Shown here in pieces: positions 9,942-26,047 of a DNA stretch of 64,000 bases (position 1 is its first letter; each line of letters begins with the position of its first letter). The stretch covers positions 1 through 64,000 of the forward strand of contig NIVC01002072.1 of NCBI GenBank assembly GCA_002269645.1, given 5' to 3'. This stretch comes from Macrostomum lignano. Taxonomy: Eukaryota. Under the pieces are notes generated by a model. The model did no database searches and had not been told where the DNA came from. It saw only the letters and a list, made by a program, of their open reading frames with translations. The translations under genes were made by a program, and so were the position numbers.

Positions 9942-10836
9942 ATATGAAATATTGTACCTTGTTTAAATATCTGCTCTTTTAGTTTTAAAAATATGCTACT
10001 TTTTACTTGGAATGGAGAGTACCGTAAGCCGGAATTTTCTCAGTGTTATATTTTTTCGATACATATCGGTTAAAATATTTTTTTCGAATTCTGATAACTT
10101 GCCAATAGTTCGATGAAACGATCTATAAATTTGAACAATTTTTAAAGTCAAACTTTGATAAATCAAATTCTGCGTCAGGAGGAACTGACCGGATTACTGA
10201 CCAGATAATTACTGACCAGAAAACCCTATCAGCCAATAAATATTTAGCAGTAGTATCAGAGAACATTTGCTGTATTTTTAAAAACTTCTTTGAAAAAAAT
10301 TATCCGACTTCGTTTTTCACTACTCAGAACAGAACTGATGCTCAAGCGAAGCGAGAGTCCACCGTCACTCGTCAACCTTAACGAAATATAATTATCTGAA
10401 TGCGGGACGAATATGAATAAATCAATTCCAACAGTAAAGTTAATAATGTACCAATTTTTATAAACGCAATGCAAGCAAAGTGACATCGCGCTCTCACATC
10501 GAGTTTAGTGCAGCAGCGTTATTATGGAGTCGTGGGATTTTGACAACGGGATTAGCGAGTAAGCCCGGGATATGCTATGCTAAATTTATATATAAAAATA
10601 CATTTTTGCTTAGAAGTTGGAAGAAATGACCCCATGCATAAATGAGTTCAGACATTCTGATTCGCATCCAGCGCAAATCGAGTGTTCTGCGTTCGGCCAA
10701 ATTATATTGCAACTGCTAGAATTGGCGGCTTGAGTAGGGCAACGGTCTTAACTGCCTCGTTCGCTTGTTCGTCTGTGTATTAGTGTCTTGCTGTTTTGGT
10801 GTCTCGGTGTCTTCATATCTTGGTGTATTAGTGTCT
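9942..10836 (+). repeat. 895-bp direct repeat, copy 1
   Basis: Matches 17064-17958; only a 2-nt difference noticed by eye. Confidence 0.9.
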
Positions 10837-10992
10837 GTCTGTTTTGGTGTCTCGGTGTCTTCATATCTTGGTGTATTAGTGTCTTGCTCTTTTGGTGTCT
10901 CGGTGTCTTCATATCTTGGTGTATTAGTGTCTTGCTGTTTTGGTGTCTCGGTGTCTTCATATCTTGGTGTATTAGTGTCTGTCTGTCCGTCA

Positions 10993-11048
<56 letters not shown>

Positions 11049-11068
11049 TAGTGTCTGTCTGTCCGTCA

Positions 11069-11114
<46 letters not shown>

Positions 11115-11125
11115 GTCTGTCTTAG

Positions 11126-11158
<33 letters not shown>

Positions 11159-11243
11159 CTGTCTGTCTGTCTCTGTCTGTATGTCTGTCTGTCTTCGTGT
11201 CTGTCTGTCTGTCTGTCTGCCTGTCTGTCAGCCTGTCTGTCTG
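10775..11243. repeat. 48-bp tandem repeat (~4 copies) grading into (CTGT)n microsatellite
   Basis: Unit gtgtattagtgtcttgctgttttggtgtctcggtgtcttcatatcttg, then GTCT repeats. Confidence 0.9.
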
Positions 11244-11753
11244 AGCCTGACTATACTACTGGTTCGATACTACTGCACATACTTAGAGAAGCCAGCCGAA
11301 GTAGCCATGCATGCAGAATATTTGACGAGCGGCAATTTCGTGCTAAGAAAAGTTAAACGTGCAGGGGATGCCGAGTTTCGGGGGTTGCCACGCAACGCGT
11401 TTCTCTTGCGAGCAGCATGCAGTTTTCTATCCCAGGATCTGCATCTTTCTTTCAAGAGGAATTCAGGAAACGGGCGTGAATTGGATTAGGAATTCAGGCT
11501 CTGGTATGTGGAAAGTGGCTGAAGGGGAGCCGATGGGGACAGCTGCAGTCTGGCTATTCCCTCCTTCCCATCGTGGGAGGAGCTGAAAGGTGGGAAATCG
11601 CCAACAATTAATGATGATGACTGACAGACAGGTGACGGCAGAACCGCTGCCTTATTCTATACCCATTTATAGCACACTTAACAACTTCTATCAGCCCCAT
11701 TATCAGGCCCAAGCTGACTATGCATGTGTGCCCGTTAAAGCAGTCAGTGCAGC

Positions 11754-14458
<2,705 letters not shown>

Positions 14459-14910
14459 GATCAAACAAGGACACAGCCCTGCGGCAGAATTTCAATGTAA
14501 AGGTTGGGTCCTATTAGAAAATCGTGCAGTTAGCCCTGGCCGGAACAAATGGCGGCGGTGTTTACGCAAAGCAGATAAACAAAGTCAATATTGGCCTGCT
14601 TGCTGCTCCCACGGTTCAACTTGTTTGTCGCGCAGCGAGGGACACACGGGCTGAGGCGGCAGCTTTGCCCGGCCTTTCCGCCGCTTTTTTGGCTGCCAGA
14701 TCGAGAGTTGAAATCCAGAGTTTTCGTTGGAATAAATACACTGGGTGCCCTCCCGCACCCGGCTGAACTGCACCGGGACCGGCACAAATCCCGGCTGAGC
14801 CGCATGGGAAAATGAAATTCGACACTGGGGGTTTCATGGGAGCAAGTGGTGGGCTCGGCGCTTTGGTGTCTGCTGTGTGTGGCTTTGAATGTGAAATTTG
14901 TAGCCTTATT

Positions 14911-15497
<587 letters not shown>

Positions 15498-15996
15498 TAT
15501 CTGACAAACTAAGAATTGGTCATTGAACTTGAGGCATCGCCCTTTATCGATCCAGCAAAAGAGCTCAGCTTTATTGGAAGTTTTTAGGAATTCGGACCCC
15601 GGACCCCGTATCTTTTCAGAAGAAGTCTTTAATACTTAATTAGCCCCTCCTTCACTCCTTCAGTATTCAGCCAACACGCGAAGACTTGAAGAGGAGTGGC
15701 TGGCAGGTGCAAGAGAATGTTAGAAATTCAGGGCAAGTGAGACGCTTGCACGCCACAGACGGCGCAGGTCCTAATTAAGCCAGTTCTAACCTATTGAGCG
15801 TTCGGTGGCGCGCGGGCTCCAGCTGCAAGGAGGCCTCCCGTGCGCAAACTGCGTGTCTGGCTAAAGCTGAAGTACCTGCTTAGCCATGCCACCTGTGCAT
15901 GGTGTAACTAACCAGTCTACCTGCATGGGCATCATCATCTAAGCGGAACTAGGTAGGGCGCCTGCCTGCCAAGACCAACTTTACTCAGATTAATGT

Positions 15997-16442
15997 GATT
16001 TCTGCTGTGTGTTGCAGGATTTCTGCTGCGAGTTGCAGGAGTTCTGCTGTGTGTTGCAGGATTTCTGCTGTGTGTTGCAGGATTTTTGCTGTGTGTTGCA
16101 GGAATTCTGCTATGAGTTGCAGGATTTCTGCTGTGTGTTGCAGGATTTCTGCTGTGTGTTGCAGGATTTCTGCTGTGTATTGCAGGATTTCTGCTGTGTG
16201 TTGCAGGAATTCTGCTATGAGTTGCAGGATTTCTGCTGTGTGTTGCAGGATTTCTGCTGTGTGTTGCAGGATTTCTGCTGTGTATTGCAGGATTTCTGCT
16301 GTGTGTTGCAGGATTTCTGCTGTGTGTTGCAGGATTTCTGCTGTGTATTGCAGGATTTCTGCTGTGTGTTGCAGGATTTCTGCTGTGTGTTGCAGGAATT
16401 CTGCTATGAGTTGCAGGATTTCTGCTGTGTGTTGCAGGATTT
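15997..16442. repeat. 21-bp minisatellite (tctgctgtgtgttgcaggatt)
   Basis: About 21 copies; 7-aa periodicity in the ORF track. Confidence 0.95.
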
Positions 16443-17063
16443 CCGGTGTTTTTCAGGAACTCTGCATCTCGCTAACTAAACCAAGACACGTATTGCATAT
16501 GCTTCATTGCATGAAGCAAATTAGGAAATACCAGAAAAGAGATTCAATCGTTCCTTACCTTGCGATTTCTCTATTTGCAACAAAACTATTCAGAGCAGTT
16601 GTAGTCCTGCAAGGTTGTATAGCGCTTCTTGTGTAGGTTAATATGCGAAGTTATGAGGCTGCGTGGCCCCCTCTCATGCTGTTCTGCTTTTTTAGCTATA
16701 TCGGTCAACACCCCACCTCTCCCTCCCTCCCTCCCACTCTCTCCCTCTCTCTCCCCTCTGTCCTGTTCTCTCCCAGCGGTTTCCAGTGCACAGTGACTAA
16801 ACCCGCCTCCGGGCCAATGGCGAAGCTGCGGCCTCCCCCGGTGCGTACGGGCATGGCAACCCCTCCCCCCCCCGATGCGAAACCAAGGCAGGAGAGTGTT
16901 GTATAGTCTTTACAGGCACAGGCCTATACCCTCGTGGATATAATGTGTTTGGGTCAGGCTGTACACTGAGCGAAGGGGGGGGGGGTCGCGGGAGCTCACT
17001 GTTCTATAAGAAAATTCGAGGTGTGTGTGAGAGTGCAAATGGAGGTGCTGCAATAAATACTTC

Positions 17064-17958
17064 ATATGAAATATTGTACCTTGTTTAAATATCTGCTCTT
17101 TTAGTTTTAAAAATATGCTACTTTTTACTTGGAATGGAGAGTACCGTAAGCCGGAATTTTCTCAGTGTTATATTTTTTCGATACATATCGGTTAAAATAT
17201 TTTTTTCGAATTCTGATAACTTGCCAATAGTTCGATGAAACGATCTATAAATTTGAACAATTTTTAAAGTCAAACTTTGATAAATCAAATTCTGCGTCAG
17301 GAGGAACTGACCGGATTACTGACCAGATAATTACTGACCAGAAAACCCTATCAGCCAATAAATATTTAGCAGTAGTATCAGAGAACATTTGCTGTATTTT
17401 TAAAAACTTCTTTGAAAAAAATTATCCGACTTTTTTTTTCACTACTCAGAACAGAACTGATGCTCAAGCGAAGCGAGAGTCCACCGTCACTCGTCAACCT
17501 TAACGAAATATAATTATCTGAATGCGGGACGAATATGAATAAATCAATTCCAACAGTAAAGTTAATAATGTACCAATTTTTATAAACGCAATGCAAGCAA
17601 AGTGACATCGCGCTCTCACATCGAGTTTAGTGCAGCAGCGTTATTATGGAGTCGTGGGATTTTGACAACGGGATTAGCGAGTAAGCCCGGGATATGCTAT
17701 GCTAAATTTATATATAAAAATACATTTTTGCTTAGAAGTTGGAAGAAATGACCCCATGCATAAATGAGTTCAGACATTCTGATTCGCATCCAGCGCAAAT
17801 CGAGTGTTCTGCGTTCGGCCAAATTATATTGCAACTGCTAGAATTGGCGGCTTGAGTAGGGCAACGGTCTTAACTGCCTCGTTCGCTTGTTCGTCTGTGT
17901 ATTAGTGTCTTGCTGTTTTGGTGTCTCGGTGTCTTCATATCTTGGTGTATTAGTGTCT
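17064..17958 (+). repeat. 895-bp direct repeat, copy 2
   Basis: Matches 9942-10836. Confidence 0.9.
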
Positions 17959-18120
17959 AAAGGCCAACGCGAGATAATTTGCCAAAGTAAGAGCACCCCT
18001 GACTCATGCTCAAGAGTCGCCTCCACAGAAATTGCGCCCCATAAGTATAGTGCTCCAATAAAAATGAATGACAGAAGCTCAACTTCTGTCACCTCTTGGA
18101 CGTGACATCCACCAGCCTAG

Positions 18121-21100
18121 GAGACAGGGGTGGGCGCCCACCAAGAGACAGGTGTGATCACCAAGAGACAGGTGTGATCACCAAGAGACAGGGGCGCCCA
18201 CCAAGAGACAGGTGTGATCACCAAGAGACAGATGTGATCACCAAGAGACAGGTGTGCTCACCAAGAGACAGGTGTGATCACCAAGAGACAGGTGTGATCA
18301 CCAAGAGACAGGGGCGCCCACCAAGAGACAGATGTGATCACAAAGAGACAGTTGTGATCACCAAGAGACAGGGGCGCCCACCAAGAGACAGGTGTGATCA
18401 CCAAGAGACAGGTGTGATCACCAAGAGACAGGGGCGCCCACCAAGAGACAGGTGTGATCACCAAGAGACAGATGTGATCACCAAGAGACAGGGGCGCCCA
18501 CCAAGAGACAGGTGTGATCACCAAGAGACAGATGTGATCACCAAGAGACAGATGTGATCACCAAGAGACAGGTGTGATCACCAAGAGACAGATGTGATCA
18601 CCAAGAGACAGATGTGATCACCAAGAGACAGGTGTGATCACCAAGAGACAGATGTGATCACCAAGAGACAGGTGTGATCACCAAGAGACAGATGTGATCA
18701 CCAAGAGACAGGTGTGATCACCAAGAGACAGATGTGATCACCAAGAGACAGATGTGATCACCAAGAGACAGGTGTGATCACCAAGAGACAGATGTGATCA
18801 CCAAGAGACAGATGTGATCACCAAGAGACAGGTGTGATCACCAAGAGACAGGGGGCGCCCACCAAGAGACAGATGTGATCACCAAGAGACAGATGTGATC
18901 ATTACCAAGAGACAGATGTGATCACCAAGAGACAGGGGGCGCCCACCAAGAGACAGATGTGATCACCAAGAGACAGATGTGATCACCAAGAGACAGGTGT
19001 GATCACCAAGAGACAGGGGGCGCCCACCAAGAGACAGATGTGATCACCAAGAGACAGATGTGATCACCAAGAGACAGATGTGATCACCAAGAGACAGATG
19101 TGATCACCAAGAGACAGGTGTGATCACCAAGAGACAGGGGGCGACCACAAAGAGACAGGGGGCGCCCACCAAGAGACAGATGTGATCACCAAGAGACAGA
19201 TGTGATCACCAAGAGACAGGTGTGATCACCAAGAGACAGGGGGCGCCCACCAAGAGACAGATGTGATCACCAAGAGACAGATGTGATCACCAAGAGACAG
19301 ATGTGATCACCAAGAGACAGGTGTGATCACCAAGAGACAGGGGGCGACCACAAAGAGACAGGGGGCCACCACCAAGAGACAGGGGGCGACCACCAAGAGA
19401 CAGGGGCGCCCACCAAGAGACATATGAGATCACCAAGAGACAGGGGGCGATCACCAAGAGACAGGTGTGATCACCAAGAGACAGGGGGCGACCACCAAGA
19501 GACAGGGGGCGACCACAAAGAGACAGGGGGCCACCAAGAGACAGGGGCGCCCACCAAGAGACAGGTGTGATCACCAAGAGACAGATGTGATCACCAAGAG
19601 ACAGGTGTGATCACCAAGAGACAGGTGTGATCACCAAGAGACAGATGTGATCACCAAGAGACAGGTGTGATCACCAAGAGACAGATGTGATCACCAAGAG
19701 ACAGGTGTGATCACCAAGAGACAGATGTGATCACCAAGAGACAGGTGTGATCACCAAGAGACAGGTGTGATCACCAAGAGACAGATGTGATCACCAAGAG
19801 ACAGGGGCGCCCACCAAGAGACAGATGTGATCCCCAAGAGACAGGGGGCGCCCACCAAGAGACAGATGTGATCACCAAGAGACAGATGTGATCACCAAGA
19901 GACAGGTGTGATCACCAAGAGACAGGGGGCGCCCACCAAGAGACAGATGTGATCACCAAGAGACAGATGTGATCACCAAGAGACAGATGTGATCACCAAG
20001 AGACAGATGTGATCACCAAGAGACAGGTGTGATCACCAAGAGACAGGGGGCGACCACAAAGAGACAGGGGGCGCCCACCAAGAGACAGATGTGATCACCA
20101 AGAGACAGATGTGATCACCAAGAGACAGGTGTGATCACCAAGAGACAGGGGGCGCCCACCAAGAGACAGATGTGATCACCAAGAGACAGATGTGATCACC
20201 AAGAGACAGATGTGATCACCAAGAGACAGGTGTGATCACCAAGAGACAGGGGGCGACCACAAAGAGACAGGGGGCCACCACCAAGAGACAGGGGGCGACC
20301 ACCAAGAGACAGGGGCGCCCACCAAGAGACATATGAGATCACCAAGAGACAGGGGGCGATCACCAAGAGACAGGTGTGATCACCAAGAGACAGGGGGCGA
20401 CCACCAAGAGACAGGGGGCGACCACAAAGAGACAGGGGCCACCAAGAGACAGGGGCGCCCACCAAGAGACAGGTGTGATCACCAAGAGACAGATGTGATC
20501 ACCAAGAGACAGGTGTGATCACCAAGAGACAGGTGTGATCACCAAGAGACAGATGTGATCACCAAGAGACAGGTGTGATCACCAAGAGACAGGTGTGATC
20601 ACCAAGAGACAGATGTGATCACCAAGAGACAGGGGCGCCCACCAAGAGACAGATGTGATCCCCAAGAGACAGGGGGCGCCCACCAAGAGACAGATGTGAT
20701 CACCAAGAGACAGATGTGATCACCAAGAGACAGGTGTGATCACCAAGAGACAGGGGGCGCCCACCAAGAGACAGATGTGATCACCAAGAGACAGATGTGA
20801 TCACCAAGAGACAGATGTGATCACCAAGAGACAGATGTGATCACCAAGAGACAGGTGTGATCACCAAGAGACAGGGGGCGACCACAAAGAGACAGGGGCG
20901 CCCACCAAGAGACAGATGTGATCAACAAGAGACAGATGTGATCACCAAGAGACAGGTGTGATCACCAAGAGACAGGGGGCGCCCACCAAGAGACAGATGT
21001 GATCACCAAGAGACAGATGTGATCACCAAGAGACAGATGTGATCACCAAGAGACAGGTGTGATCACCAAGAGACAGGGGGCGACCACAAAGAGACAGGGG

Positions 21101-24100
21101 GCCACCACCAAGAGACAGGGGGCGACCACCAAGAGACAGGGGCGCCCACCAAGAGACATATGAGATCACCAAGAGACAGGGGGCGATCACCAAGAGACAG
21201 GTGTGATCACCAAGAGACAGGGGGCGACCACCAAGAGACAGGGGGCGACCACAAAGAGACAGGGGGCCACCAAGAGACAGGGGCGCCCACCAAGAGACAG
21301 GTGTGATCACCAAGAGACAGATGTGATCACCAAGAGACAGGTGTGATCACCAAGAGACAGGTGTGATCACCAAGAGACAGATGTGATCACCAAGAGACAG
21401 GTGTGATCACCAAGAGACAGATGTGATCACCAAGAGACAGGTGTGATCACCAAGAGACAGATGTGATCACCAAGAGACAGGTGTGATCACCAAGAGACAG
21501 GTGTGATCACCAAGAGACAGATGTGATCACCAAGAGACAGGGGCGCCCACCAAGAGACAGATGTGATCCCCAAGAGACAGGTGTGATCACCAAGAGACAG
21601 GGGCGCCCACCAAGAGACAGGTGTGATCACCAAGAGACAGATGTGATCACCAAGAGACAGGTGTGCTCACCAAGAGACAGGTGTGATCACCAAGAGACAG
21701 GTGTGATCACCAAGAGACAGGGGCGCCCACCAAGAGACAGATGTGATCACAAAGAGACAGTTGTGATCACCAAGAGACAGGGGCGCCCACCAAGAGACAG
21801 GTGTGATCACCAAGAGACAGGTGTGATCACCAAGAGACAGGGGCGCCCACCAAGAGACAGGTGTGATCACCAAGAGACAGATGTGATCACCAAGAGACAG
21901 ATGTGATCACCAAGAGACAGGTGTGATCACCAAGAGACAGATGTGATCACCAAGAGACAGATGTGATCACCAAGAGACAGGTGTGATCACCAAGAGACAG
22001 ATGTGATCACCAAGAGACAGGTGTGATCACCAAGAGACAGATGTGATCACCAAGAGACAGGTGTGATCACCAAGAGACAGATGTGATCACCAAGAGACAG
22101 ATGTGATCACCAAGAGACAGGTGTGATCACCAAGAGGCAGATGTGATCACCAAGAGACAGATGTGATCACCAAGAGACAGGTGTGATCACCAAGAGACAG
22201 GGGCGCCCACCAAGAGACAGATGTGATCACCAAGAGACAGATGTGATCACCAAGAGACAGATGTGATCACCAAGAGACAGATGTGATCACCAAGAGACAG
22301 GTGTGATCACCAAGAGACAGGGGGCGCCCACCAAGAGACAGATGTGATCACCAAGAGACAGATGTGATCACCAAGAGACAGATGTGATCACCAAGAGACA
22401 GATGTGATCACCAAGAGACAGGTGTGATCACCAAGAGACAGGGGGCGACCACAAAGAGACAGGGGGCGCCCACCAAGAGACAGATGTGATCACCAAGAGA
22501 CAGATGTGATCACCAAGAGACAGGTGTGATCATCAAGAGACAGGGGGCGCCCACCAAGAGACAGATGTGATCACCAAGAGACAGATGTGATCACCAAGAG
22601 ACAGATGTGATCACCAAGAGACAGGTGTGATCACCAAGAGACAGGGGGCGACCACAAAGAGACAGGGGGCCACCACCAAGAGACAGGGGGCGACCACCAA
22701 GAGACAGGGGCGCCCACCAAGAGACAGATGTGATCACCAAGAGACAGGGGGCGATCACCAAGAGACAGGTGTGATCACCAAGAGACAGGGGGCGACCACC
22801 AAGAGACAGGGGCGACCACAAAGAGACAGGGGCCACCAAGAGACAGGGGCGCCCACCAAGAGACAGGTGTGATCACCAAGAGACAGATGTGATCACCAAG
22901 AGACAGGTGTGATCACCAAGAGACAGGTGTGATCACCAAGAGACAGATGTGATCACCAAGAGACAGGGGCGCCCACCAAGAGACAGATGTGATCACCAAG
23001 AGACAGGTGTGATCACCAAGAGACAGGGGCGCCCACCAAGAGACAGGTGTGATCACCAAGAGACAGGTGTGATCACCAAGAGACAGGGGCGCCCACCAAG
23101 AGACAGGTGTGATCACCAAGAGACAGATGTGATCACCAAGAGACAGGTGTGATCACCAAGAGACAGGTGTGATCACCAAGAGACAGATGTGATCACCAAG
23201 AGACAGGGGCGCCCACCAAGAGACAGATGTGATCACCAAGAGACAGGTGTGATCACCAAGAGACAGGGGCGCCCACCAAGAGACAGGTGTGATCACCAAG
23301 AGACAGATGTGATCACCAAGAGACAGGTGTGATCACCAAGAGACAGATGTGATCACCAAGAGACAGGTGTGATCACCAAGAGACAGATGTGATCACCAAG
23401 AGACAGGTGTGATCACCAAGAGACAGATGTGATCACCAAGAGACAGATGTGATCACCAAGAGACAGGTGTGATCACCAAGAGACAGATGTGATCACCAAG
23501 AGACAGATGTGATCACCAAGAGACAGGTGTGATCACCAAGAGACAGGGGCGCCCACCAAGAGACAGATGTGATCACCAAGAGACAGATGTGATCACCAAG
23601 AGACAGATGTGATCACCAAGAGACAGATGTGATCACCAAGAGACAGGTGTGATCACCAAGAGACAGGGGCGCCCACCAAGAGACAGATGTGATCACCAAG
23701 AGACAGATGTGATCACCAAGAGACAGATGTGATCACCAAGAGACAGATGTGATCACCAAGAGACAGGTGTGATCACCAAGAGACAGGGGGCGACCACAAA
23801 GAGACAGGGGGCGCCCACCAAGAGACAGATGTGATCACCAAGAGACAGATGTGATCACCAAGAGACAGGTGTGATCACCAAGAGACAGGGGGCGCCCACC
23901 AAGAGACAGATGTGATCACCAAGAGACAGATGTGATCACCAAGAGACAGATGTGATCACCAAGAGACAGGTGTGATCACCAAGAGACAGGGGGCGACCAC
24001 AAAGAGACAGGGGGCCACCACCAAAAGACAGGGGGCGACCACCAAGAGACAGGGGCGCCCACCAAGAGACAGATGTGATCACCAAGAGACAGGGGGCGAT

Positions 24101-25970
24101 CACCAAGAGACAGGTGTGATCACCAAGAGACAGGGGGCGACCACCAAGAGACAGGGGGCGACCACAAAGAGACAGGGGGCCACCAAGAGACAGGGGCGCC
24201 CACCAAGAGACAGGTGTGATCACCAAGAGACAGATGTGATCACCAAGAGACAGGTGTGATCACCAAGAGACAGGTGTGATCACCAAGAGACAGATGTGAT
24301 CACCAAGAGACAGGGGCGCCCACCAAGAGACATATGTGATCACCAAGAGACAGGTGTGATCACCAAGAGACAGGGGCGCCCACCAAGAGACAGGTGTGAT
24401 CACCAAGAGACAGATGTGATCACCAAGAGACAGGTGTGATCACCAAGAGACAGGTGTGATCACCAAGAGACAGATGTGATCACCAAGAGACAGGGGCGCC
24501 CACCAAGAGACAGATGTGATCACCAAGAGACAGGTGTGATCACCAAGAGACAGGGGCGCCCACCAAGAGACAGGTGTGATCACCAAGAGACAGGTGTGAT
24601 CACCAAGAGACAGGGGCGCCCACCAAGAGACAGGTGTGATCACCAAGAGACAGGTGTGATCACCAAGAGACAGGGGCGCCCACCAAGAGACAGGTGTGAT
24701 CACCAAGAGACAGGGGCGCCCACCAAGAGACAGGGGCGCCCACCAAGAGACAGGTGTGATCACCAAGAGACAGATGTGATCACCAAGAGACAGATGTGAT
24801 CACCAAGAGACAGGTGTGATCACCAAGAGACAGATGTGATCACCAAGAGACAGGTGTGATCACCAAGAGACAGATGTGATCACCAAGAGACAGGTGTGAT
24901 CACCAAGAGACAGATGTGATCACCAAGAGACAGATGTGATCACCAAGAGACAGGTGTGATCACCAAGAGACAGGGGGCGCCCACCAAGAGACAGATGTGA
25001 TCACCAAGAGACAGATGTGATCACCAAGAGACAGATGTGATCACCAAGAGACAGATGTGATCACCAAGAGACAGGTGTGATCACCAAGAGACAGGGGGCG
25101 CCCACCAAGAGACAGATGTGATCACCAAGAGACAGATGTGATCACCAAGAGACAGATGTGATCACCAAGAGACAGATGTGATCACCAAGAGACAGATGTG
25201 ATCACCAAGAGACAGATGTGATCACCAAGAGACAGGGGGCGCCCACCAAGAGACAGATGTGATCACCAAGAGACAGATGTGATCACCAAGAGACAGGTGT
25301 GATCACCAAGAGACAGATGTGATCACCAAGAGACAGGTGTGATCACCAAGAGACAGATGTGATCACCAAGAGACAGATGTGATCACCAAGAGACAGGTGT
25401 GATCACCAAGAGACAGGGGGCGACCACAAAGAGACAGGGGGCCACCACCAAGAGACAGGGGCGATCACCAAGAGACAGGGGCGATCACCAAGAGACAGGG
25501 GCGATCACCAAGAGACATGGGCGACCACCAAGAGACAGGGGCGACCACCTAGAGACATGGGCGATCACCAAGAGACAGGGGCGATCACCAAGAGACAGGG
25601 GCACTCACCAAGAGACAGGGGGCGACCACCAAGAGACAGGGGCGATCACCAAGAGACAGGGGCGATCACCAAGAGACAGGGGGCGACCACCAAGAGACAG
25701 GGGCGACCACCAAGAGACAGGGGGCGACCACCAAGAGACAGATGTGATCACCAAGAGACGGACGATCACCAAGAGACAGGGGCGATTACCAAGAGACAGG
25801 GGCGATCACCAAGAGACATGGGCGACCACCAAGAGACAGGGGCGATCACCAAGAGACAGGGGCGATCACCAAGAGACAGGGGCGATCACCAAGAGACATG
25901 GGCGACCACCAAGAGACAGGGGCGACCACCTAGAGACAGGGGCGATCACCAAGAGACAGGGGCGCCCAAC
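18121..25970. repeat. 7.9-kb 20-bp minisatellite (CACCAAGAGACAG plus 7-nt variable segment) with higher-order blocks
   Basis: Variants GTGTGAT / ATGTGAT / GGGCGCC / GGGCGAC / GGGCGAT; repeated multi-unit cassettes. Confidence 0.97.
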
Positions 25971-26047
25971 AAGAGATCGGGGCGCCCGCCCCCCACCCAG
26001 ACACCAAGTATTGGCGCCCCTTAGCGTTGCGGCCCTCTTCGAATTAG

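Noticed and set aside
18121-25970. CRISPR-like array (constant 13-mer plus variable segment)
   Set aside because: The variable part is only 7 nt and drawn from a few recurring variants; no unique spacers, no cas genes, eukaryotic context.
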